Assembly: GCA_964016885.1 (NCBI GenBank)
Contig: OZ024748.1
Span: 47,988,001-48,052,000 of the forward strand
DNA from: Eledone cirrhosa
Lineage: Eukaryota
Length of the DNA stretch: 64,000 nucleotides
Direction of reading: 5' to 3'
Part shown: one piece after another, positions 1-12,815 of the stretch
Layout of the letters: every line of letters starts with the position of its first letter
Position numbering within the stretch: the first letter of the stretch is position 1
Translations under genes and position numbers: made by a program
Notes under the pieces: model-generated
Databases searched by the model: none
The model's input: only the letters and a program-made list of their open reading frames with translations
What the model was told of the DNA's origin: nothing

Positions 1-239
1 AGTATCTTCATTACTGGACAGATCATTGTGAAAATTTGCAGTATTTTCTATTCACATTTTGTAATAACTTTGCAGAAAACAGTCAAAAACAGATTTATTA
101 TTTCAAATGTTTATAATAGTATTATTAGTGGACAGATCATTGTGAACATTTGCTGTATTAGAGTAAACATTTTAATATTTAATGTGATCAAATCATAGTG
201 CAGTTTAATACTTTTCAAGAAAGTCTCGCTAATGTGATT

Positions 240-1352
240 AGCTGTAGTACAGGATGTTAAGAGTTAAGGTGAGGTGCTGTTGTTGTGTAGGTTTGCTGAT
301 AGTGCTGTGTTTGACTGGTGTACAGGATGTTGAGAGTTCAGGTAATATATAAGAGTTACGGTGAAGGAGCTGTTATTGATTGGTTTGGTGATAGAATTGT
401 GTTTGACTGGGGTACAGGACATTAAGAGTTAAGGTGATATATAAGAGCCCACAACATTACGATCATAAGTCCAACGCCCTTACCACTATGCCACATACCT
501 TCATACTACTATTGGGTTGATTTGGTGATAGAACTGTGTTTGACTGTGGTACAGGACTTTAAGTGTTAAGGTGAGGGTCTGTTATTGTGTTGGTTTGGTG
601 ATAGAACTGTGTTTGACTGTGGTACAGGACTTTAAGTGTTAAGGTGAGGGGGCTGTTATTGTGTTGGTTTGGTGATAGAATTGTGTTTGACTGTGGTACA
701 GGACTTTAAGTGTTAAGGTGAGGGTCTGTTATTGTGTTGGTTTGGTGATAGAACTGTGTTTGACTGTGGTACAGGACTTTAAGTGTTAAGGTGAGGGTCT
801 GTTATTGTGTTGGTTTGGTGATAGAACTGTGTTTGACTGTGGTACAGGACTTTAAGTGTTAAGGTGAGGGTCTGTTATTGTGTTGGTTTGGTGATAGAAC
901 TGTGTTTGACTGTGGTATAGGACTTTAAGTGTTAAGGTGAGGGGGCTGTTATTGTGTTGGTTTGGTGATAGAATTGTGTTTGACTGTGGTACAGGACTTT
1001 AAGTGTTAAGGTGAGGGGGCTGTTATTGGTTGGTTTGCTGATAGAACTGTGTTTGACTGTGGTACAGGACTTTAAGTGTTAAGGTGAGGGTCTGTTATTG
1101 TGTTGGTTTGGTGGTAGAACTGTGTTTGACTGTGGTACAGGACTTTAAGAATCAAGGTGAGTGTCTGTTATTGTGTTTATTTGGTGATAGAACTGTGTTT
1201 GAATGTGGTACAGGACTTTAATAATGAAGGTGGGGGGTCTGTTATTGGGTTGGTTTTGCAAGAAAGCTGTGTTTGACTGTAGCAGGACTTTAACAGTTCA
1301 GGTGAGGGGTCTGTTATTAGGTTGGTTTTGCAAGAAAGCTGTGTTTGACTGG
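240..1352. repeat. ~73-bp minisatellite (tgactgtggtacaggactttaagtgttaaggtgagggtctgttattgtgttggtttggtgatagaactgtgtt), degenerate at both edges
   Basis: Unit recurs at 541, 614 and onward with 73-74 bp spacing. Confidence 0.93.
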
Positions 1353-1589
1353 AGAGATGGACATATTTTTAAAACGCAGCCCCAGGTTGAGAACAGATGA
1401 GGAGATTATGGAACAGAGATGTTGAGCTAAGTTGGTTTATTATAGTAAGGGATAAGGGTGGGTGGCTAGGTTAGTTTTGTATCTTATTATATTATTCATT
1501 AGTTTTATTTTCTTATTTATTGTTGTTTTTATTGTTTTTTTGTTCCTGGAAGTCTTCATTATCTGACTGTCTGCTAAATTATATTAATG

Positions 1590-3587
1590 AATTACACATG
1601 GGTATAGAGAGACACTTACATGGGTGTATATATACACATATATATGGTTATAGATAGACACACATTTACATACATATATACATATGGATATTGTAATCTA
1701 CACACCTTCATACCTCCATACACATAAGTATATACAGACACATATCTGTGTATATAGACACATATACATACATACACATATACACACATGGGTTTATAGA
1801 CACACACATATCTGTATATATAGACACACATATACATACATACATACATACACATATACACACATGGGTTTATAGACACACACATATCTGTATATATAGA
1901 CACACATATACATACATACATACACATAAACACACACATATGGGTATAGATAGACAGATACATGCATACACATAAACACACTTACATGAGTATATAGTTA
2001 GACACATACATATGAATATAGAAACACACACATATACATACACATAAGCACTTACATAGATATATAGTTAGATTCACGCACACATATACACAAACACATA
2101 TATACACATACACATATACACACATATACACAAACACATATATACACACATATACACATACACAAACACATATATACACGTATACACATACACAAACACA
2201 CACCTATGACCATAGTCAGTTACACATCCACATACTTACATCCACATAGGTATATAGTTGGAAACACACACACACATACATATACACAAATACATACATA
2301 TATATATATATATATACGTACAACCATACACACACACTTATAAATATTTAATGTCACCACATATATTCAACCATACATATACAAACACATACACACATAG
2401 ACAGAGGTGTAAACACACAGTTGAACCTATTCACATATACATATTTACATACACATATACATACATACATACACATATGAATATTTATTATATCTACACC
2501 TACACACACGTACACATATACATAGACATACACACATGTACACACATACATACACATACACACACCTACACACACGTACACATATACATAGACATACACA
2601 CACGTATACATATACATAGACATATACACACATACACACATACATACACATACACACACCTACACACACGTACACATATACATAGACATACACACACACA
2701 TACACATATACATAGACATACACACACGTAGACACATACATACACATACCTACACACATAGACATACACACATGTACACACATACATACACATACACACA
2801 CCTACACACACATACACATATACATAGACATACACACACATACGCATATACATAGACATACGCACACGTGCACACAAACATACACATACACACACACACA
2901 CGTGCACACAGACATACACACACTGCATTATTCTAAGAGAATTATTACCATATTGTAAGAAGTAAAACAAAAATTTTCTAATTTTAGTAAATTGACTTGA
3001 TGATGATGATGATTGTGATGGTGATGGTGATGATGGTGATGGTGATGATTGTGATGGTGATGGTGATGATGATGATGATGATGATTGTGATGGTAATGGT
3101 GATGATGGTGATGGTGATAGTGATGATGGTGATGATTGTGATGGTGATGATTGTAATGGTGATGGTGATGGTGATGATGGTGATGGTGATGGTGATGGTA
3201 ATGGTGATGGTGATGATTGTAATGGTGATGGTGATGGTGATGGTAATGGTGATGGTGATGATGATGATGGTGATGATTGTAATGTTGATGGTGATTGTAA
3301 TGTTGATGATGTTGATGATGGTGATGGTGATGGTGATGGTGATGATTATTGTAATGGTGATGATGGTGATGGTGATGGTGATGGTGATGTTAATGATGAT
3401 GATGGTGGTGATGATGATGATGGTTATGATTGTAATGGTGATAATGATGGTGATGGTGGTGATGGTGGTGATGGTGGTGGTAGCAATGATAATGATTGAT
3501 GTTACTGATGATGATGGTTAAATGATTGTGATGATGATAAATAAATAAACTCAATAGCCAAAAATAAACATAATGATGGGATAATAC

Positions 3588-3623
<36 letters not shown>

Positions 3624-3941
3624 ATATGTATATATATATACATACATACATATGTATATATATATTTGTATATATGTATATGTATATATATATGTGTATA
3701 TATATGTATATATGTATATATATATATGTATATATATATATGTATATATATATATGTATGTGTATATATATATATATACATACATATGTATGTATATATA
3801 TATATATATATATAGATACATACATATGTATGTGTATACATACATATATATATATATACACATACATATATATACATATATACATACATATATATATATA
3901 TACAAACATATATATACATACATATATATATATACATACAC

Positions 3942-3973
<32 letters not shown>

Positions 3974-3983
3974 ATACACACAC

Positions 3984-4015
<32 letters not shown>

Positions 4016-4063
4016 ATACATATATATATATACATATATATATATACATACATATATATATAC

Positions 4064-4103
<40 letters not shown>

Positions 4104-4163
4104 ACATATATATATATATACATATGTATGTATATACATATATATATACATATACATATATAC

Positions 4164-4250
<87 letters not shown>

Positions 4251-4281
4251 AATATATAAATATATACACATACATATGTGT

Positions 4282-4342
<61 letters not shown>

Positions 4343-4360
4343 CACATATACATACCTACA
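1590..4360. repeat. Compound microsatellites: (CA/TA)n, (GAT/GGT)n at 2997-3540, (TA/TACA)n
   Basis: Direct inspection; explains the poly-M/V and Y/I/H/T ORFs. Confidence 0.95.
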
Positions 4361-4367
4361 TACAGAC

Positions 4368-4533
4368 ATAAAATAGCATTACTAGGCACTGCACAAATAC
4401 TACAAAGAGTACTTTCAATACAATGCAAAGACCAACAACAAAAACACAACACTGCACATACCCAAGGCACATAGTTCTGTGCTCAATAATGCTGTGACAG
4501 TGCTCAATAAAAGCAAGATTAATAATAATAATA
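4368..4533 (+). mobile_element. 3' end of an R4/Dong-like non-LTR retrotransposon with (AAT)n tail
   Basis: Translates [18 protein letters not shown], resembling the C-terminus of REL-endonuclease ORFs of this group, followed by a short UTR and an AAT repeat. Confidence 0.7.
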
Positions 4534-5232
4534 ATGTTTCTACTTTTGGCACAAGGCCAGCAATTACCCCAGCGCATTACTGGTACTTTATTTTATCGAC
4601 CCTGTAAGGATGAAAGGCAAAGTTAACCTCGGCGGGATTTGAACTCAGGAATAATAACAATAATTGTTTCTACTTGTGGCACAAGGCCAGCAATTGTCCC
4701 AGTACATTACTGGTACTTTATTTTATTGACCCTGCAAGGATGAAAGGCAAAGTTAACCTCGGCGGGATTTGAACTCAGATCGTAAAGGGCCGTAACTCTA
4801 AGCTGCAAAGCATGGTGTCCGAAACTCTACCGATACTGCCAATCCAATAATAATGGTTTCTGATTTAGGCACATGGCCAATAATTTTTGGGGGAAGAGAA
4901 CGTTGATTGAATTGACCCCAGTTTATTACTGGTATTTTATTTTATCGACCCTGAAAGGATGAAAGGCAAAGTTAACCTCGGTGGTATTTGAACTCAGGAA
5001 TAGTAACAATAATTGTTTCTACTTTTGGCACAAGGCCAGCAATTACCCAGTACATTACTGGTACTTTATTTTATCGACTCATAAGGATGAAAGGCAAAGC
5101 TAACCTCGGCATTAAATAATTGTTTCTACTTTTGGCACAAGGCCAGCAATTAACCAGTACATTACTGGTACTTTATTTTATCGACCCTGTAAGGATGAAA
5201 AGCAAAGCTAACCTCGGCAGGACTTGAACTAT
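4534..5232 (-). mobile_element. Cluster of five partial copies of tRNA-derived SINE family A (Nin/Deu-like central domain)
   Basis: Repeated tgtttctacttttggcacaaggccagcaatt...gatgaaaggcaaagttaacctcggcgggatttgaactc; reverse complement has B box GAGTTCAAATCC, and complete copies have A box TGGCAGTATCGG. Confidence 0.85.
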
Positions 5233-5264
5233 CATAATAATTATAATAACAGGATTCTTAGTTC

Positions 5265-5560
5265 ACATCAACACATCTCCTCGAAAGAGTTTTGAAAGCT
5301 TAGTAAATATAAAGATCTGACTATTGAAATATTAATCCTTGTGCAATTATCAGTAACAGTTGGTGCACATGGATTAATAAAAAGGGGAACAAAATAATAT
5401 TTGGACTGGATGCTTGAAAATCCATTTCTGCTAGAGATACAGAAAATAGCACTGACTGGCATTGTCCATATTCTGAGAAGGGAATTATCAATTTAAAATC
5501 CTTGCAAAGACATTTGATAACACATATATATTTTACAATCAATTGTCATACAAATGTTTG
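5265..5560 (+). mobile_element. Decayed R4/Dong-like LINE fragment (REL endonuclease C-terminus)
   Basis: Manual translation across frameshifts: KLSKYKDLTIEI...VTVGAHGLIKRG...LEIQKIALTGIVHILRRELS. Confidence 0.7.
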
Positions 5561-5713
5561 TGCCCTTATGGTACCATTTGAATAACAACTGATTGTTATA
5601 TATGTATATTAGCTAAATTGGCCTCAGGTGTCAAGTTGAGAATTGGAAAGATTTGGGGAAAAAAGCAGAATTCGAAGAAAGTTTCAAATAAAAACAATAA
5701 TGATATGATGAAA

Positions 5714-6600
5714 ATAATTGTTTCTACTTTTGGCACAAGGCCAGCAATTACCCAGTGCATTACTGGTACTTTATTTTATCGACCCCGTAAGGATGAAAGG
5801 CAAAGTTAACCTTGGCAGGATTTGAACACAGAATGGCAAGGGCCATAACTCTATGTGTCAAAGCATGGCGTCCGACCTTCTACCGACATTGCCAATCCAC
5901 CGCCATAAGCTATGATGAAAATAATAATAATAATTGTTTCTCCTTTTGGCACCAGGCCACCAATTATCCCAGTGCATTACTGGTACTTTATTTCATCTAT
6001 AAAGTACCAGTAATGCACTGGGATATTAATAATTGTTTCTACTTTTGGCACAAGGCTAGCAATTATCCCAGTACGTTACTGGTACTTTATTTTATCGACC
6101 CCGTAAGGATGAAAGGCAAAGTTAACCTCGGTGGGATTTGAACTCAGAATGGCAAGGGCCGTAACTCTATGCATCAAAGCATGGCATTCGACCCTCTACC
6201 AATACTGCCAATCCACCGCCCTGGGATAATAATAATAATTGTTTCTACTTTTGGCACAAGGCCAGCAATTACCCAGTAGATTACTGGTACTTTATTTTAT
6301 CGACCCCTGTAAGGATGAAAGGCAGAGTTAACCTCGGCGGGATTTGAACTCAGTCCATAAAGGGACGTAACTGTGCTGCAAAGTGTGGCATCCGACCCTC
6401 TACCGATACTGCCAGGCCCAGAGCCAGTAATTTGGCGGGAGGGAAAAGTCAATTAAATCAATCCCAGTGCATTACTGGTACATTATTTTATCGACCAAGA
6501 TACAGATGAAAGGGAAAGCTAACTCTGAGGTGTAAAGAGATGGAATAAATGTCACCAAGCGTTTTCTCTGACACTCTACCGATTCTGCCAATCCATTACC
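5714..6600 (-). mobile_element. Cluster of SINE family A copies (about 5714-5905, 5930-5991, 6029-6221, 6236-6413, older copy 6420-6600)
   Basis: Same consensus as 4534-5232, with A/B boxes on the minus strand and (AAT)n tails. Confidence 0.85.
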
Positions 6601-6793
6601 TTTATGGTTTATTTTCTTAGTCTCTTTTATAAATTTTATTTTACGTAAAGAAAAACACACATTGTATCATCCCGTATCATTTTTAATGTTTCCTTAACGT
6701 AAGCCCTGTGTGGCTAATATAGAAATCATTGATAATAATAATAATATTAGTAATAGTAATAATAATAATCTTGGTGTTATTGTGATATTTCAG

Positions 6794-6898
6794 AAGCCAG
6801 CAAGGTTATAATGCAATATGTGGCCCAAGTATCAGGCAAAGGACTTGACATTGATCATGTTAAAGAACAGTTATTACTGTCCAACCCAGTTCTAGAAG
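6794..6898 (+). CDS. Class I myosin (MYO1A/B-like) motor-domain exon: (E)ASKVIMQYVAQVSGKGLDIDHVKEQLLLSNPVLE(A)
   Basis: tttcag acceptor and gtaagt donor; 105 nt, phase 1-1; matches the myosin post-P-loop motif EASK...SNPVLEA; splices in frame to 46664. Confidence 0.95.
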
Positions 6899-7046
6899 GT
6901 AAGTCAACAACCTTTTGTTATTCTTAACTCTTTTGGTACCAAAACCCCTAAAACTGGCCGTGGTTCTACAAAACAAAACTTACTGTTTTAAAGTGGTGAA
7001 ATTTAATTAAAACCCTTCTATCATATTTTTATGAAACAACATTTAA

Positions 7047-7457
7047 GCCTTTAGCATTTACATTATTCTATATTTACTACTGTATTTTCATGGTAAAGGT
7101 TTTATCTCACATAATATGGAATCTACGAGATTTTGATGTTGTTATTATTTATTTTGAGGTCAATACCTTAACCCTTTAGCATTTAAACTAGCCAGAATTT
7201 TCTCTCCTTTTTCTGTTCAAACTGGCTGTAACTAGCCACTCATACTGATGTTAAAGTATCGTTTGCAAAATAAATAAAATGCTACTATATGAGATATTAT
7301 ATAAGATAAAGCCTTTACTGTGAAAATACAATAGTAAATGTATAGCAATGTAAATGCTAAAGGGTTAATGTCCATATGAGTGGCAGGTTATGGTCAATTT
7401 GAACAAAAAGAAGTGAGAGAATTCTGACCGGATATGACCGGTTTAAATACTAGAGGG
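7047..7457. mobile_element. Nested TTAA-flanked piggyBac-like MITEs: inner 7172-7364 inside an oppositely oriented outer copy
   Basis: TTAA-(C/G)CCTTTAGCATTTA termini at 7047 and 7172; TAAAT(G/A)CTA(A/G)AGGG-TTAA termini ending at 7364 and 7457. Confidence 0.7.
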
Positions 7458-8705
7458 TTAAGATATATTCCAAACACCAGCTAATCCCGTTTTATACCAA
7501 ACTGCCTGTAACCAACTCTAGCTTTATAATACAAAAATTGTTTTAGGGTAATCATATTTGTCTAAAAACGTTCCAACATAATCTCATGTAAAAATCTTTG
7601 ATAAGTGATGCTCAAAACTCCAGCTAAAGAATGAGAAAGTTACATTTGTCCAAATTCTTGAATATTTTCACAATTCTTTGAAACACATTGGTAGTGTATT
7701 TCATGAGAAATATAAGAACAAAAAGATTAGCATCTCTTTCATTTCATGTCTAGATGTACTATTGGTTAATTTTGTTATTGTTAAGGTAGTTGTTGTTTGT
7801 GGTGATAGTAAAACAAAAGTGTAATACAATACAGTAGAAGAGAACCTTCATAAAATAAAAAATTTGGATCAGCCCAAGCTATAGAAATTATCTCCCTTGC
7901 TTACCTCTGATTTTCTACCATATATACTCAAATATAAGCAAAGGAACATGTGACCAAAACTCAATGTTAAGATGGTGGTGGGGGATGTCATCATGTATAT
8001 ATGCGCCATCAAAACATAATGTGTTGATTAGCTGCATTGGCTTATAATCAGGGTCTGGAGTTTTACCGATTTCTCAGACATAAAATGGGGTTGGAGGGGA
8101 GATGACTTATATTCGAGTATATAGAATAATTACCCCTAAAGGGAAGTTTAGATTTGATCTGTGAGAATAGTCTCAGCTGATTGAAGGATTTTATTTCCCA
8201 GTTCCCCTATTCAGCCTGCAGAATATGTATGTATATATTTCATGGAAAGCCCTCCCCTCCAGAATATTCCCTTCTAACTTTAATCTACAACATAATTTCG
8301 TTCTCCATCTCTATATCTCTATCTTACAATTCTTACTCTAGTTGACTAAATGAATCTACTTCTCCAAAGAGATAGAATAAAATCGAAAGACTTTTGCACT
8401 AAGTTATCTTAAATTGTTCCAAAAGACTTAGATTAGCTCAGCCTACAAGAGTTCTCTCCCTTACTTGTTTCTGATACCCTTAAAAAGTGTTTCATTTATG
8501 AAATTGCAAAGTCTTATAGGACTTGGGATTTTTCACCATTTGCCAGATTCAGACAGCGAAACACTATTCAAATAAATGTATGTATGAAGTGGATGTGTGT
8601 GTGTGTGCGTGTGTGTGTGTGCGTGTGTGTGTGAGTATGTATGCACATATATATGTATGTGTGTGTGCTGAGAAATGTGTGTATGTGACTAAGTATGTAT
8701 GCAAG

Positions 8706-8748
<43 letters not shown>

Positions 8749-9197
8749 TTGTGTGTGTAAATGTAATAACTATACAGGCATATGCTCATGTGTGTGGGTG
8801 TATATATATATGTGTGTGGGTGTGGGGTGAGAGTGGGCGTGGGGAGTGTGTGAGGGTGTGGGTGTGTGGGTGGGTGTGTATGTAGATAAAGCTGTATTAG
8901 TTAAATCAGAAATAATCTATGTATCTGGTTAGTAAAAGAATTAGAGAAGAATCTTTCTGTCATTGTATAGATGTGTGTGTATACTTACATATATCTACCT
9001 ATACATACTTGTATGTATATATATATATTTATATATATATGTATGTATATATATATACACATAGTGTTGTCAGTATGAAGTAGTGCAAGGTATTAAAGTA
9101 AGAATAATAAATAGAAAATCCAGCAGAAATCTTATAAATTTCCTGATATCAGAAGTCCATTATACTTTTTTTCAGTGATTTCTGTAAGCGAAAACAT

Positions 9198-9264
<67 letters not shown>

Positions 9265-9337
9265 GTATATTTATGTATATATATATATATTTATGTATAT
9301 TTATGTATATATATATATATATGTATATATATACACA

Positions 9338-9422
<85 letters not shown>

Positions 9423-9625
9423 GTATATTTATGTATATATATATATATATGTATATATATACACATATATGTATATATATATACACATATATGTATATAT
9501 ATATATATGTGTATATATATACACACATATATGTATATATATACACATATATGTATATATATATATATGTGTATATATATACATATATGTGTATATATAT
9601 ACATATATGTGTATATATATATATG

Positions 9626-9744
9626 AAGGCGTGTGGCTGAGTGGTTAGAGAATTGGATTCGCAATCGTAAGGTTGTGAGTTCGATTCCTGGACAGGGCGA
9701 TGCGTTATGTCCTTCAGCAAGACACTTTATTTCACGTTGCTCCT
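9626..9744 (+). mobile_element. 5' part of tRNA-derived SINE family B (CORE/Meta-like domain), 3'-truncated
   Basis: A box TGGCTGAGTGG, B box GAGTTCGATTCC, then gcaagacactttatttcacgttgctcc as in full copies. Confidence 0.8.
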
Positions 9745-9848
9745 TCTACCTGGAGTTGCGACCGATAGATAGTATTAGCAATTGGAAAGACCAACGGAAA
9801 CATTGTTCCCTCGGTCCAATTTGACGAAAGTCGATCGTTCCTTTTATG

Positions 9849-9880
<32 letters not shown>

Positions 9881-10591
9881 CAGATATGTATATATATATA
9901 CATATATGCATATATATATACATATATGTATATATATACACATATATGTATATATATATACATATATGTATATATATACACATATATGTATATATATACA
10001 CATATATACTCATATAATTATGTATATATGTACATATATATATATATCATCTTCATCATCATCTTCGTTTAGCATCCATTTTCCATGCTAGCATGGGTTA
10101 TATATATATATATATATATATACGTATATATATACACATATATATATACATATATATATATACACATTCGATATATATATATATTGATAGCATAATATAC
10201 CATCATATCCTGTGTGTCTTTCTCTCCCCTCCTACATGTTTTTATCTGTCTCTTTCTATCTCTCCCATCTCTCTCTCTCTCACTCACACACTCTCTCCCT
10301 CACCCATTCTCTCTCACTCACTCTCTCCCTCTCCTATCTATAGAGTACTCAAAGATAATATTCCTAAAATGTGCTAATCCAAATTAGATATGTGTGAGTA
10401 TGTGTGTGCAGTGTGCGTGTGTGTGTGTATGAGTGTATATATGTATGTGTGAGTGCATATGTGTGTGTGTGTGTGTATACATGTGTGTGTATTATATGTG
10501 CTGTGTATGTTTGGATAAAAACTCAAGTACATTCTGTATAGAAGTCACAAAACTACTTCATATTCATACGATGCTTATATTAGTATGAAAG

Positions 10592-10620
<29 letters not shown>

Positions 10621-10622
<2 letters not shown>

Positions 10623-10955
10623 TCATCATCATCATCATCATCATTTCATTTTACGTCCGCTTTTTCCCTGCTTGCAAGGGTGGGACGGGAACTGATGCTG
10701 GCTTGATTTCTACAGCTGGATGCCCTTCCTAACACCAACCTCATTTACAGTGAGTGCTGGTGCTTTTTTGCAGTGGCACCTCCACGACCACTTTGCAGTG
10801 GAATGATAGGGACCCCAGTCCCTATCATCTCATTTCTACAGCTGAGTAAACTGGAGCAATGTGAAATAAAGTGTCTTGCTCAGGGAAACAACACATCACC
10901 CGGTCTGAGAATTGAACTCACAACCTTTCGATTGCTCTAACCACTAAGCCATGCC
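10621..10955 (-). mobile_element. SINE family B, near full length, with RTE-like 3' tail ending in (TGA)n
   Basis: Homologous to 45371-45748, 46770-47043 and 50266-50695; tRNA-like head at the right end and ggacgtaaaatga(tga)n tail at the left. Confidence 0.85.
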
Positions 10956-11109
10956 ATATATAATATTTATGTTCTTTCTCATATATATATATATATATAT
11001 ATAGTTATATGTGTGTGTGTGTGTATGTATGTATGCATACGTATGTGTATGTATATATGTGTGTGTAGGTATATATGTGTATGTATGTGTATATATATAT
11101 ATATATATA

Positions 11110-11553
11110 TACAATATTAAATAAATGGAAACTATATTTATAAAACCATATTTATTTCATTATATATATTTCAGGGATATCATATTAACAATATGCTATG
11201 CCTTCCTCAGACAAAATACAATATAAACAGTTTTATAGATAAATAGATTCGACATACCGTAACAACATCGACTTGTATTTGAAAAGGTTGATTTTCAAAT
11301 ACAAGTCGATGTTGTTACGGTATGTCGAATCTATTTATCTATAAAACTGTTTATATTGTATTTTGTCTGAGGAAGGCATAGCATATTGTTAATATGATAT
11401 CCCTGAAATATATATAATGAAATAAATATGGTTTTATAAATATAGTTTCCATTTATTTAATATTGTAAATATACTCCAAATATTTGTCGAGTGCTTTTAT
11501 ATCAGTTATAAATATTTACTAGTTGTAACCCAACAATTTAAATATAACTTTCC
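11110..11553 (+). mobile_element. Fold-back (palindromic) Penelope-like pLTR element with hammerhead ribozyme and unique 3' tail
   Basis: Apparently perfect ~176-bp arms (11110-11285 / 11292-11467), 6-nt loop, tail 11468-11553, flanked by (TA)n. Confidence 0.8.
11359..11424 (+). ncRNA. Type I hammerhead ribozyme motif (minimal palindromic stem III); mirrored on the minus strand in the left arm
   Basis: tattttgt-CTGAGGA-stem II-GAAA-tatata-TA-atgaaata. Confidence 0.75.
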
Positions 11554-11703
11554 ATATATATATATATATATATTTTGGAGTTAAACAAGGTTCATATGAA
11601 TTATCTAAGAATGAGTTTTACACACACATATATATGTGTGTGTTTGTATTTGTATGTATGTGTTTGTGATATGTATGTATATGTATGTGTGTATGTATGT
11701 GTA

Positions 11704-11758
<55 letters not shown>

Positions 11759-12172
11759 GTGTGTATATATGTATATATGTATATGTATGTGTATGTATAT
11801 GTGTATGCGTATGTATATGTTTATGTATTTATATATGTATATTTATGTGTGAGAGTGTGTGTATGTATTTATGTTTACGTATGTATGTGTACGTGCATTT
11901 GTGTGTATTGCTTACCACGTGTGTTTGTTCATTTATTTGTTGCCTGTATCGCTGTCAACACTATAATAATCTTTATATTCATTTTTATTTTTTTTATTAT
12001 TATATATTTTTGCTTATATTTATTTGTGTGTGTATGTAGGTGTATGTATATATTTCTATATTTGTGCATGCGTATGTGTGTATGTATGTATGTACGTGTG
12101 TATATACGTATGATTGTGTGTATGAATGTATGTATGTGTATATATGTATGTATATGTATGTGTATGTATATA

Positions 12173-12203
<31 letters not shown>

Positions 12204-12248
12204 GCGTGTGTATATATATGTATGTGTGTGTATGTATATATATATGTT

Positions 12249-12288
<40 letters not shown>

Positions 12289-12600
12289 TGTATATGTGTG
12301 TGTGTGTATGCACGTTTGTGTATTTGTATTTGTATGTGTATGTATGGATATGTTGATAATTATGTGTGTATGTATGTATGTGTATGTGTATGTGTATGGA
12401 TATATATATACACATATATATGTGTGTGTGTGTGTGTATGTGTGTATGTATATATATATGTGTATGTATATATTTGTGTGTGTGTGTTTGCATGTGTCTT
12501 TTTATTTTTCCTTTCCTTCTTCCTTTTCCAGCCTCACTTTCATATAGATTATATTTTTGTTTTTAAAATCCAACGCCAATAATAAATACACCAGGATTTT

Positions 12601-12659
12601 TTCATTCTGATGATTGAAAGCAAAATTTTTTTGCTTTTAAGAAACCACTGGTAAATGAA
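12601..12659 (+). ncRNA. Type I hammerhead ribozyme motif
   Basis: ttcatt-CTGATGA-ttgaaagcaa...ttgcttttaa-GAAA-ccactgg-TA-aatgaa; all three stems pair; GUA cleavage triplet. Confidence 0.85.
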
Positions 12660-12815
12660 ATAATTGCCTTATGTTGTTTATTACATAACTATATATATAT
12701 ATATATAATAGAATAATCGAGTATCGGAAAATCAGCTCACGAATTTACGATAAACAAAATCCGACATGAGTGGCAGAGGGCTCAATAATTCAGATAAATC
12801 AGATATATATATATA

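Noticed and set aside
1-6793. Upstream myosin P-loop exon (GESGAGKT)
   Set aside because: Not found by eye; presumably lies left of the window.
9626-9700. tRNA gene
   Set aside because: A/B boxes run directly into a multi-copy SINE core, and no complete cloverleaf is evident.
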